Shown: one piece after another, positions 32,487 through 41,803 of the stretch
Position numbering within the stretch: the first letter of the stretch is position 1
How the letters are laid out: each line of letters opens with the position of its first letter
Origin: an uncultured Chloroflexia bacterium
GTDB taxonomy: Bacteria; Chloroflexota; Limnocylindria; Limnocylindrales; CSP1-4
Reading direction: 5' to 3'
Length of the DNA stretch: 64,000 nt
Assembly: GCA_963712745.1 (NCBI GenBank)
Contig: CAVQJC010000001.1
Coordinates: 288,001-352,000 of the forward strand
Translations under genes and position numbers: made by a program
Notes under the pieces: generated by a model
The model's database searches: none
The model's input: only the letters and a program-made list of their open reading frames with translations
What the model was told of the DNA's origin: nothing

Positions 32487-33953
32487 TCAGGCCCGTTCGT
32501 CCGGGACGGGCGCCGCTGGAGCTTCCGGCAGCAGCTCGTCTTCGAAGGTGCTCTGGGCTTCGACGACAGCCGCCGGGGTGCCCTGCCCATCCGCGCTCGG
32601 TGGAGCGTCGGCCACGGTCGCCGCGTCGTCCACTTCGCTGGCCGATGCGTCTTCCGGCCAGGGACTGGCTGCGGGGGGGTCGCGCTGGGCGGCGGCCTCG
32701 AAGAGGAAGATGGAGCCGGCAACCGAGGCATTGAGGGAGGCCACCTGGCCGCGCATGGGGATGCGGGCCATGAGATCGACCCGCTTGCGCACGCGTGCGT
32801 TCAGGCCCCGGCCCTCGGAGCCGGTGACGATGACGACGGGCCCGCGCAGGTCGGCCTCGCGCACCGTGAGCGAAGCGTCGCCGTCGGCACCGATGACTCG
32901 GACACCGCGCGTGTGCAGGTCGACGAGGCCCTCGGCCAGATCGGGCATGGGCACCAGCAGCAGGTGCTCGACGGCACCGGCCGAGGTCTTGATGGCGGCC
33001 GGGCTGATTGGCGCCGCGCCGCGGGTCGGGAAGATGACACCGTGGACACCGCAGGCCTCGGCCGAGCGCAGGAGGGTGCCCACGTTCTGAGGGTCCTCGA
33101 GGTGATCGAGGGCAAGCAGGAACGGCGGCTCACCCCGGGACTTGGCCAGCGCCAGGACGTCGTCGAGCGTGGCCCAGCGCCGGGGAGCCACCACCAGCGC
33201 GACGCCCTGGTGCCCGTCGAAACCGCTGACCGCGGTGAGGGTGCCGCCTTCGACCTCCACCACCGGGATGCGGAGCGTGGTGGCGTGGAGCACCAGGCGA
33301 TCGAGCGCTGCACGACGCTCCGGCACGACCAGCAGTCGCTTGGCCTCGCGACGCGCGCTGAACGCCTCCTCGACGGGACGGCGTCCGGCCACGATCTCCT
33401 CGTCCTCGCCGAGCATCTCGGCAGGTGCCGGACCGGCCGGCGGACGCGGGGGTGCGAAGCGGTCGCGCTGCTCCCAGCCGGGTCGGGGACGCCCGCGCCC
33501 TCGATCTCGATCCCATGGGCCACGCTCCGGACGGGGACCACGCGGCCTGGGCCGCTGTCCGTATTCGACGTGTCGCTCGTGCTGCCCTGGGCGGTCGTCA
33601 CGTGGGCGGTCGTCACGTGGGCGGTCGTCACGTGGGCGGTCAGCGTAGGGACGCGCATCCTGCGGCCGCCCGCCTCCGCGGTTGGCATAGGGCTTGTTGC
33701 CGGCGTAGGGCCGGCCAGCGCCGCTCTTCCCGGCGTAGGGGCGCTTGCCGGGTGGTCGCTCGCCGTAGGACCGACCGCCTCCTCGAGGCGGGCCACCAGG
33801 TTTGCCCCGGCCGGGGCCGCCGGCTGGTGCACGGCCGGCGTAGGGCTGGTCACCACCGCCATGCTGGTCCGAGCGCTGTTCCGGGGTGCCCTCGCCCGGC
33901 GGGCCCGGTTCGGGATGGGAGCCCGCGGGTTCGTCGTGTCGGTCATCAGCCAT
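32487..33953 (-). CDS. rlmB: 23S rRNA Gm2251 2'-O-methyltransferase (TrmH family) with long disordered extensions
   Basis: HQGV, LDHLEDPQNVGTLLRSA, KTSAGA, GSEGRG, SLNASVA SPOUT motifs; downstream of cysS. Confidence 0.93.
   Translation of the reverse strand: MADDRHDEPAGSHPEPGPPGEGTPEQRSDQHGGGDQPYAGRAPAGGPGRGKPGGPPRGGGRSYGERPPGKRPYAGKSGAGRPYAGNKPYANRGGGRPQDARPYADRPRDDRPRDDRPRDDRPGQHERHVEYGQRPRPRGPRPERGPWDRDRGRGRPRPGWEQRDRFAPPRPPAGPAPAEMLGEDEEIVAGRRPVEEAFSARREAKRLLVVPERRAALDRLVLHATTLRIPVVEVEGGTLTAVSGFDGHQGVALVVAPRRWATLDDVLALAKSRGEPPFLLALDHLEDPQNVGTLLRSAEACGVHGVIFPTRGAAPISPAAIKTSAGAVEHLLLVPMPDLAEGLVDLHTRGVRVIGADGDASLTVREADLRGPVVIVTGSEGRGLNARVRKRVDLMARIPMRGQVASLNASVAGSIFLFEAAAQRDPPAASPWPEDASASEVDDAATVADAPPSADGQGTPAAVVEAQSTFEDELLPEAPAAPVPDERA
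33589..33641 (-). repeat. 15-bp coding tandem repeat (DDRPR, about 3.5 copies) in the rlmB N-terminus
   Basis: gggcggtcgtcacgt repeated on the + strand. Confidence 0.9.
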
Positions 33954-33955
33954 GC

Positions 33956-35350
33956 TCAGGTCCTTCGCCAGCGCTGGCCATCGGGCGTGTCTTCGACCAC
34001 GATCCCGACAGCCGCGAGGGCATCGCGGAGTTCATCGCTGCGGGCCCAGTCCCGGTCGGACCGGGCCTGCGTGCGCGCCTCCAGCATGGCAGCCACGTCG
34101 GCATCGAGCTCGCCACCATCCCGTTCGAGCACACCGAGCACCGTATCGAACTCGCGGATGGCCGCGGCGCCGCGCTCAGCATCAGCCGTCGACAGCGAAC
34201 GGGCGGCGACCCGGCTGTTGAGTTCGCGCACGAGGTCGAAGGTGGCCCCCAGCGCCGCCGAGATGTTGAGGTCGTCCTCGAGTCCCGCAGCGAAAGCTGC
34301 CCGCGCGTTCGCCAGCACCGCCGGCAGGCCCCCATCGTCGGGCCGTTCCTCGCGATAGGCCTCGAGTGCGGCCACGGCGGTCGTCAGCCGCTCCACGGCC
34401 GCGGCAGCCGCACTCAGCGAGCGCTGGCTGAACTCCAGCGGCGAGCGATAGTGCGTGGCCATGAGCGCGTAGCGCAGGGCCTGCGGGCCGATACCCGAGG
34501 CATAGACATCAGCCGGCCGGCTGATGTTTCCGTCCCGCTTGGCCATCTTGGCTCCGCCCATCTGCAGATGCGCACAGTGGAGCCAGGTGTGTACGAAGGG
34601 CTCCCCGCTGGAGGCCTCCGACTGGGCGATCTCGTCCTCGTGATGGGGGAATACGAGGTCGACGCCCCCGGTGTGGATGTCGAAGCTCGGGCCCAGGTAG
34701 CGCATGCTCATGGCCGAGCACTCGATATGCCAGCCGGGCCGCCCCGGCCCCAGGCGGGTGGGCCAGCTGGGCTCGCCGGGCTTGGCCGCCTTCCACAGCG
34801 CGAAGTCGCGCACGTCGTCCTTGTCGTACTCGTCGGCCTCGACCCGCTCGCCGCTGCGCTGCTGGTCCGGGTCGATCCTGGCCAGCTTGCCGTAGTCCGA
34901 CCAGGAGGCGATGCGGAAGAAGACCGAGCCGTCGTCGGTCTGGTAGGCATGGCCCTTCTCCATGAGCGACTCGATGAGCGCGACCATGTCATCGATGTGC
35001 TCGGTGGCTCGAGGCATGACGTCGGGCGCGGGGATGCCCAGGCGGGCCAGGTCCTCGAGGAAGGCGTCGGCGTGGCGAGCGGTGAACTCGGCGATGGGCA
35101 CACCGGCGGCACCCGCGTCGCGGATGATCTTGTCGTCGACGTCGGTGATGTTCATGACCCAGGTGACCTCGTAGCCCGCGAACAGCAGCGCGCGGCGGAC
35201 CAGGTCGGCGAAGACGAAGGATCGGTAGTTGCCCACGTGGGCGGGGGCGTAGACGGTCGGGCCGCAGCTGTACATGCGCACATGCCCAGCCTCCAGCGGC
35301 TCGAACGGCTCGAGCGCGCCGCCGAGCGTGTTGCGGAACTGCTGGCTCAT
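33956..35350 (-). CDS. cysS: Cysteine--tRNA ligase
   Basis: CGPTVY, HVGN, PGWHIECSAM, FPHHEDE, KMAK (KMSKS variant). Confidence 0.98.
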   Translation of the reverse strand: MSQQFRNTLGGALEPFEPLEAGHVRMYSCGPTVYAPAHVGNYRSFVFADLVRRALLFAGYEVTWVMNITDVDDKIIRDAGAAGVPIAEFTARHADAFLEDLARLGIPAPDVMPRATEHIDDMVALIESLMEKGHAYQTDDGSVFFRIASWSDYGKLARIDPDQQRSGERVEADEYDKDDVRDFALWKAAKPGEPSWPTRLGPGRPGWHIECSAMSMRYLGPSFDIHTGGVDLVFPHHEDEIAQSEASSGEPFVHTWLHCAHLQMGGAKMAKRDGNISRPADVYASGIGPQALRYALMATHYRSPLEFSQRSLSAAAAAVERLTTAVAALEAYREERPDDGGLPAVLANARAAFAAGLEDDLNISAALGATFDLVRELNSRVAARSLSTADAERGAAAIREFDTVLGVLERDGGELDADVAAMLEARTQARSDRDWARSDELRDALAAVGIVVEDTPDGQRWRRT

Positions 35351-36504
35351 CGGGATACCACGGCTGCGAGGCAGGACGCGCTGATGGCCCGTCCGGCACC
35401 TTCGTCGCCACTGAGGTTACCGGTAGCGGCCTTGACCGACACGCGAGAGGGCGGGACCGAGAGCATGGCGGCGATGGCGGCAGCCATGGCGTCGAGACGT
35501 TCGCCGCCGAAGCGAGGCCGAGCCCCGAGGATGGTGACGTCGGCGCTGATGACCTCCAGCCCGGCGGCCTCCACCCTGCGTACCACCTCCGCCACCAGTT
35601 CACGGCTGTCGATGCCACGGGTGCGGCGCTCGCCCGGCGGGAAGAGCCGGCCCAGGTCACCCGCACCCGCTGCCGCCAGCAGGGCATCGCACAGCGCATG
35701 CAGCACGGCATCGCCGTCGGAGTGGCCGTGCAGGCGCGGAGCGCCTTCGATGAGCAGGCCGCCCAGACGCAGGCCGTCGCCGGGGCCAAAGGGGTGGCTG
35801 TCGCTACCGTGTGCCACGCGCATGCCGGTGCCCTCCCCTGCCAGTCGCCGCGCGAGGGCCAGGTCCTCGGGCAGCGTCACCTTGATGTTGTCGGCATCGC
35901 CGGGCACGATGGCCACTGACACCCCGTGGCGGGCCAGCAGGTCGGCCTCATCGGGGATGTCATCGTCGCCGTTGGCGTGAGCCTCGGCCGCCGCCAGCAG
36001 CAACTCCCGTCGGGCGCCCTGCGGCGTTTGTGCGCGGTAGAGCCCGGTCCGCTGGGCAGAAGCGGTGATGTGTGCACCTTCCACCTGCTTGAGCGCATCA
36101 ACCACCGGCAGGGCCGGGATGGCCGCGCCATGTTCCTGCACCCCGGCTACGACGCGGGAGACCAGCGCCGGCGAGACGAAGGGCCGGGCCGCGTCGTGGA
36201 CGAGCACGATGTCGGCCCCGGCCGCCCTCACGCCGCAGGCGGTCGAATCCTGGCGCCGCGGGCCCCCGGGCACGACCCGTGCGCCCAGCTCGACGAGCCA
36301 GGGCAGGTCGCGCAGCTGGTCCACGCGATCCTCGGCGGTGACCACGATGACCTGGCCGATCTCCGGCGCCGCCGCCAGGGCCTCCACCGTCCAGCGCAGG
36401 ATGGGACGGCCGGCGATAGCCAGCTCCAACTTGTCTCCGCCACCCATGCGGCGGCTGCTGCCCGCGGCGACCACGACCGCGTCAGCCACACCCTCTGAGA
36501 TCAC
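35347..36504 (-). CDS. ispDF: Bifunctional IspD/IspF (MEP pathway)
   Basis: AAGSSRRMG..K, RQDS, VHDAARP, QTPQ, NIKVT (IspD) followed by DSH, GHSDGD..HALCDALL (IspF); GTG start about 36504 inferred. Confidence 0.9.
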   Translation of the reverse strand: MISEGVADAVVVAAGSSRRMGGGDKLELAIAGRPILRWTVEALAAAPEIGQVIVVTAEDRVDQLRDLPWLVELGARVVPGGPRRQDSTACGVRAAGADIVLVHDAARPFVSPALVSRVVAGVQEHGAAIPALPVVDALKQVEGAHITASAQRTGLYRAQTPQGARRELLLAAAEAHANGDDDIPDEADLLARHGVSVAIVPGDADNIKVTLPEDLALARRLAGEGTGMRVAHGSDSHPFGPGDGLRLGGLLIEGAPRLHGHSDGDAVLHALCDALLAAAGAGDLGRLFPPGERRTRGIDSRELVAEVVRRVEAAGLEVISADVTILGARPRFGGERLDAMAAAIAAMLSVPPSRVSVKAATGNLSGDEGAGRAISASCLAAVVSR

Positions 36505-36572
36505 CGCGCAAGTGTGCCCTGCCCGGCCTGTCCTGTCGCGGCTGCCACGTGCGTCCCCGGCGGGTCGGGGCC

Positions 36573-37635
36573 TCAGGAACCGTTCGCCAGCTCGGCGAAG
36601 ATCGATGCGTCCCGCGACGGTCTGGAGGATGCGCGTGACGGTCACGTCGAGCTCACCTTCGATGTGGGCACTGCCGCCTTCGACTACCACCATCGTGCCG
36701 TCGTCGAGGAAGGCCACGCCCTGCCCGGGCTCCTTGCCTTCCTGGATGACCTTCACGCGCAGCTCCTCGCCCGGCAGGAAGGCCGGCTTCAGCGCGTTGG
36801 CCAGCTGGTTGAGGTTCATGACGCGCACGCCCTGCAGCTGGGCGACGCGATTGAGGTTGTAGTCGGTGGTCAGGATGGCGGCGTTGCGCTTGAGGGCCAG
36901 CGCCACCAGCTTGGCGTCGACCGTGCTCGCGCCGGGGTCGTCCTCGGCGCTCATCTCCACCTCGATGCGGTGGTCCTTCTGCAGGACGGAGAGCACGTCC
37001 ATGCCCCGCCGGCCACGGTTGCGCCGACCCGGGTGCGAGTCGTCGGCGATGTGCTGGAGCTCACCCAGCACGAAGCGCGGGACGACGAGCAGTCCGCCCA
37101 GGAAGCCGGAGGCCACGACATCGACGATGCGGCCGTCGATGATGGCGCTGGTGTCCGCATAGGTCACCTGCTCGACGTGTTCGTCGGGGGACGCGTCGTC
37201 ACCGGCATGTCGCCCCAGGCCCAGCTCGACGAGTGAGTCACGCAGGTCCTGTCGCTTGGCCACGGTCAAGCCCATCATGCCCAAGGCCAGCACGATTGAA
37301 ACGCCGATGGGCATGAGCAGGCCGGCCGGTGCCGGCAGGCTCGTTAGGGGCAGACCCAGCAGGAAGCCCATCAAGAGGCCCAGGACCAGGCCCACCACGG
37401 CAGCCACGAACTCGTCGGTGGACATGTCGGTGACCGCCCGCATGAGCCAGTGCGCGGGGGTGATGGTGATGTAGGGCATGATGGCGAAGCCGACCGCGGC
37501 CCAAGCCAGGATCCATGCGAGCAGCAGCAAGCTGCCCCCGGTGGACCCGTCGGACAGGGTCTCCGAGAACCCGGCGAGGGCGATCGCGAGGATGACCCCA
37601 AGGGCACCCCCGAGCAGGCGGACGAACCTCAACAT
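36573..37635 (-). CDS. Membrane PIN/TRAM-domain protein (YacL family); an extra base at about 36604 fuses it to ispDF in the assembly
   Basis: N-terminal TMs, DTSAIIDGRI PIN motif, TTDYNLNRVA, GKEPGQGVAFLDDGTMVVVE TRAM; removing one base restores GRMIFAELANGS-stop. Confidence 0.88.
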
Positions 37636-37675
37636 GGACTATGAACGCTACCAGAAGGGGCGTACTCCTGACCTC

Positions 37676-39121
37676 CTACCCAGAGGTACCAGTAGACCGG
37701 CCGAAGGCGGCATCGAGCGCCCCGCGCAGGCTGCCCACGCGGACCAGCTCCAGATCGCCCGGCAGCGGCGCTCCCGATGACGACGACCCACCCTGAACAG
37801 TCGGGATGAGCGCCCGGCGGAAACCCAGTCGCGCGGCTTCGCGCAGGCGCCGGTCAAGCCCGCGCACTGGCCGGACCTCGCCCAGCAGCGAGACCTCCCC
37901 GCAGGCGAGCGTATCGGCCGACAGAGCCTGGTCGCGCTGCGATCCAGCGATGGCCAGAGCCAGCGGCAGGTCGAGCGCGGGCTCACTCACCGTGAGCCCT
38001 CCCGCCAGGCTGGCGTAGACATCTCGGCCGCTTACGTCGACGCCGCCACGGCGGGCGAGCACGGCGATGAGCAGAGCCAGGCGATTGGTGTCGAGTCCGG
38101 CCACGGTGCGGCGGGGCGGCCCCATGCCGCCGGCCGGCGCGACCAGCGCCTGGACCTCAACCAGCAGCGGTCGGCTGCCTTCGAGGATGGCTGCGACGGC
38201 TACCCCCGGAGCTTCGCGCTGGCCACTGCCGAGGAAGGCAGCGGCCGTGTCCCGGACCTCGTGCAGGCCATGCGCGTCCATCTCCATGACGCCCACCTCC
38301 TCGGTCGAGCCGTGGCGGTTCTTGAGGGCGCGCAAGAGGCGTAGCGAGCCATAGCGATCGCCTTCGAGCATGAGCACCGCATCGACGAGGTGCTCGAGCG
38401 TGCGTGGGCCGGCGAGCGTGCCGTCCTTGGTGACGTGGCCAACGAGCAACACCGGTACACCCGCCTCCCGAGCGTACGCGCCCAGGGCGCTGGCGGCTTC
38501 GCGCACCTGGCCCACCGACCCCGGTGGGCCGTCGAGCCCGTCGACCTCCACGGTCTGGATGGAGTCGACCACGAGCAAGGCCGGGGCCGAGGCTGAGGCA
38601 GCGGCGATGATATCGGCCACGTCGGTGCCGGCGAGCACGTGGAGGGCGCCGTCCGCGGGGCCACCGGTCAATCCCAGGCGCGCCGCCCGCAGGTGCAGTT
38701 GCGAGGTCGACTCCTCGGCACTGGCGTAGACCACGGTCGAGGCCTCGGGGCCCGCCGCCACGCTGGCCGCCAGGGCTCCGGCCACCTGCAGCACCAGCGT
38801 GGACTTGCCGATGCCGGGCTCGCCGCCAAGAAGCAGCAGCGACCCCGGCACGAGCCCACCGCCGAGCAATCGGTCCACCTCCGTGATGCCGGTTGGGCGA
38901 CGCGCCGATCCGGACGTGACGAGCGTCCCCAGCGGCCGGGCTTCGATGGCCCCCCTCCGGGCCTGGCCGGGGCGGACCCCGGCACGGCGCTCAGCCGGTT
39001 TGACCAGTGTCTCGACCAGCGAGTTCCAGGCGCTGCAGGCACGGCACTGTCCCTCCCACTTGGGAAAGGTCGCGGCACATGACTGGCACACGTACTCGCT
39101 GGCGGCCCGGGAGCGCGCCAC
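37676..39121 (-). CDS. radA: DNA repair protein RadA/Sms
   Basis: C4 Zn finger, GEPGIGKST, DSIQT, KNRHG, Lon-like C-terminal domain. Confidence 0.97.
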   Translation of the reverse strand: MARSRAASEYVCQSCAATFPKWEGQCRACSAWNSLVETLVKPAERRAGVRPGQARRGAIEARPLGTLVTSGSARRPTGITEVDRLLGGGLVPGSLLLLGGEPGIGKSTLVLQVAGALAASVAAGPEASTVVYASAEESTSQLHLRAARLGLTGGPADGALHVLAGTDVADIIAAASASAPALLVVDSIQTVEVDGLDGPPGSVGQVREAASALGAYAREAGVPVLLVGHVTKDGTLAGPRTLEHLVDAVLMLEGDRYGSLRLLRALKNRHGSTEEVGVMEMDAHGLHEVRDTAAAFLGSGQREAPGVAVAAILEGSRPLLVEVQALVAPAGGMGPPRRTVAGLDTNRLALLIAVLARRGGVDVSGRDVYASLAGGLTVSEPALDLPLALAIAGSQRDQALSADTLACGEVSLLGEVRPVRGLDRRLREAARLGFRRALIPTVQGGSSSSGAPLPGDLELVRVGSLRGALDAAFGRSTGTSG

Positions 39122-39124
39122 GGC

Positions 39125-41611
39125 CTAGACGGCCTCGACGGGGGTCTTCTCCGTGACGGTCTCGATGGAGAGCCCGGAGTCGTCCGAGCGGTCGACGAGG
39201 ACCGTGTCGCCGGCCTTGAAGCTGCCCACCAGCAGTGCCTCCGCGAGCGGATCCTCGATCATGTTCTGGATGACGCGACGCAGCGGCCGGGCGCCGTAGT
39301 CGACGTCGTAGCCGAGCTTGATGACGTGGTCCTTGGCGGCCTGGGTGACCTCGAGGTCGATCTGCTGGGCCTGGAGCTGGTTGCGCACGCGTGCCAGCAG
39401 CAGGTCCACGATCTGGCGGATCTCGTCGACGGACAGCGAGCGGAACACGACCTGAGAGTCGATGCGGTTGAGGAATTCGGGGCGGAAGCTCGATTTGAGC
39501 TGCTCGAGCACCTTGGTCTTCATGCGCTCGTACACCGCTTCGCGCTCCTCGTCCTCATCGGGCGAGACCGGCCGGAAGCCCAGCGAGGTGTCCTTGAGCA
39601 GTTCCTTGGCGCCGACGTTGCTGGTCATGATGATGACGGTGTTGCGGAAGTCCACGCGGCGACCCTTGGAGTCGGATAGGTGCCCGTCCTCCAGGATCTG
39701 GAGCAGCATGTTGAAGACCTCGGGATGGGCCTTCTCGATCTCGTCGAGCAGCACCACCGAGTACGACTTGCGGCGCACGGCCTCGGTCAGCTGTCCGCCC
39801 TCTTCGAAACCGACGTAGCCTGGCGGCGCGCCGACCAGGCGGCTGACGTTGTGACGCTCCATGAACTCGCTCATGTCGATCTTGATGAGTGAGTCCTCGC
39901 TGCCGAACATGAACTCGGCCAGCGTCTTGGCCAGCTCTGTCTTGCCCACGCCGGTGGGGCCGAGGAAGATGAAGGAGCCGATGGGACGCTTGGGATCCTT
40001 AAGACCGGCACGAGCCCGGCGCACCGCCTTGGACACGGTGTCGATGGCCTCGTTCTGGCCGATGACGCGCTTGTGCAGCGCCTCCTCCATCTGGAGCAGG
40101 CGTTCGGACTCCTCCTGGGCGATGCGCGTGACGGGGATGCCGGTCCACAGCGCGACGACCTGGGCGATGTCCTCGTCCGTGACGTCCGGGGTCTCGGCAG
40201 CCAGCGCTTCCTGCCAATCGCTGCGCAACTGGTCGGCCTTGGCCTTGGCAGCCGACTCGACATCGCGCAGCTCCTGCGCGCGCTCGTAGTCCTGGTCGTT
40301 GACCGCCTCTTCCTTCTCCTTGGCGATCGCCTCCAGCTCCTTCTGGCTGGCCTTGAGCTCCGGCGGGGCCGAGCTGTGGCGGAGACGGACGCGGCTGGCG
40401 GCCTCGTCGATAAGGTCGATGGCCTTGTCCGGCAGGTGGCGGTCGGTGATGTAGCGGATGGACAGGTCGGCCGCGGCACGGCAGGCGTCGTCGGTGATCT
40501 TGACGCGGTGATGCTGCTCGAAGCCCTCGCGGATGCCGAACAGGATGTCGATCGTCTGCTCCGGCGTGGGCTCCTCGATCATCACCGGCTGGAAGCGTCG
40601 CTCGAGGGCAGCGTCCTTTTCGATGTACTTGCGGAACTCGTCGAGGGTCGTGGCCCCGATGCACTGCAGCTCGCCTCGCGACAGCGGCGGCTTGAGGATA
40701 TTGGCGGCGTCGATCGCGCCCTCTGCCGCACCGGCGCCCACGAGCGTGTGCAACTCGTCGATGAAGAGGATGGCGTCGTTGGTGCTGCGCAGCTCCTCGA
40801 TGATCTTCTTGAGGCGCTCCTCGAACTCACCGCGGTACTTCGTGCCGGCCACCAGCGAGCCGATGTCGAGGGTGAGCACGCGCTTGTTGGCGAGCGACTC
40901 GGGGATGTCGCCGGCCACGATGCGATGGGCCAGGCCCTCCGCGATGGCCGTCTTGCCCACGCCCGGCTCGCCGATGAGGGCAGGGTTGTTCTTGCGCCGG
41001 CGCGAGAGGATCTGGACGACCCGCTCGATCTCCTTCTCGCGGCCCACGACAGGATCGAGCTTGCCGTTCCGGGCGGCCTCGGTGAGGTTGATGCCCAGCT
41101 GGTCGACGGTCGGCGTCTTGCTGCTCGTGCCGCGCTTGGACTCACTGCTGCTACTGGGTCCCGAGGCGCTCGACTGGCTGAGCACGCGGATGACCTCGTG
41201 GCGGACCTTGTCAAGGTTGACACCCAGGGACTCGAGCACACCGGCGGCGATGCCCTCACCCTCGCGCACGAGCCCGAGCAGGAGGTGCTCGGTACCGATG
41301 TAGTTGTGACCCAGGCGGCGGGCCTCGTCGATGGCCAGCTCGATGACGCGCTTGGCGCGTGGGGTGAGGCCGACTTCGCCCACGACCGGACGATCGCCGC
41401 GGCCGATGATGAACTCGACGGCGGTACGCACCTTGGGCAGCTCGACGTTCATGTTCTCGAGCACGCGGGCAGCCACGCCCTCCCCCTCCCGGACGAGGCC
41501 CAGGAGCAGGTGCTCGGTACCGATGTAGTTGTGGTTGAAGCGCTGCGCCTCGTCCTGCGCGAGCGTGAGGACCTTGCGAGCGCGGTCGGTGAACTTGTCG
41601 AACCGATCCAT
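39125..41611 (-). CDS. clpC: ClpC-type AAA+ chaperone
   Basis: Duplicated [14 protein letters not shown]-domain repeats, two Walker A motifs ([16 protein letters not shown]), UVR M-domain, LGF loop. Confidence 0.97.
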   Translation of the reverse strand: MDRFDKFTDRARKVLTLAQDEAQRFNHNYIGTEHLLLGLVREGEGVAARVLENMNVELPKVRTAVEFIIGRGDRPVVGEVGLTPRAKRVIELAIDEARRLGHNYIGTEHLLLGLVREGEGIAAGVLESLGVNLDKVRHEVIRVLSQSSASGPSSSSESKRGTSSKTPTVDQLGINLTEAARNGKLDPVVGREKEIERVVQILSRRRKNNPALIGEPGVGKTAIAEGLAHRIVAGDIPESLANKRVLTLDIGSLVAGTKYRGEFEERLKKIIEELRSTNDAILFIDELHTLVGAGAAEGAIDAANILKPPLSRGELQCIGATTLDEFRKYIEKDAALERRFQPVMIEEPTPEQTIDILFGIREGFEQHHRVKITDDACRAAADLSIRYITDRHLPDKAIDLIDEAASRVRLRHSSAPPELKASQKELEAIAKEKEEAVNDQDYERAQELRDVESAAKAKADQLRSDWQEALAAETPDVTDEDIAQVVALWTGIPVTRIAQEESERLLQMEEALHKRVIGQNEAIDTVSKAVRRARAGLKDPKRPIGSFIFLGPTGVGKTELAKTLAEFMFGSEDSLIKIDMSEFMERHNVSRLVGAPPGYVGFEEGGQLTEAVRRKSYSVVLLDEIEKAHPEVFNMLLQILEDGHLSDSKGRRVDFRNTVIIMTSNVGAKELLKDTSLGFRPVSPDEDEEREAVYERMKTKVLEQLKSSFRPEFLNRIDSQVVFRSLSVDEIRQIVDLLLARVRNQLQAQQIDLEVTQAAKDHVIKLGYDVDYGARPLRRVIQNMIEDPLAEALLVGSFKAGDTVLVDRSDDSGLSIETVTEKTPVEAV

Positions 41612-41803
41612 CTGGCTTTGCGACGACTCCTAACAGGCGGCCCCTTGACGGCCGTCGGGCCATGCTACCACCGCTCTCGCCGCTACCGACCGGGAAAGAG
41701 CCCCCGGCCCGCGCTCGTCGTCACGGGTTCGTCATGCGCGACGACACCGCGGCGAGCCAGCGGAGCACTGGCAGGCGCGGTGTCGAAGGCTTGCTCCTGC
41801 GGT

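Noticed and set aside
35347-37635. 762-aa PIN/TRAM-IspD-IspF triple fusion in the ORF track
   Set aside because: Removing one base at ~36604 restores the family-typical YacL ending GRMIFA and a stop at 36573. The linker looks like translated intergenic DNA and the same indel type occurs in tuf.
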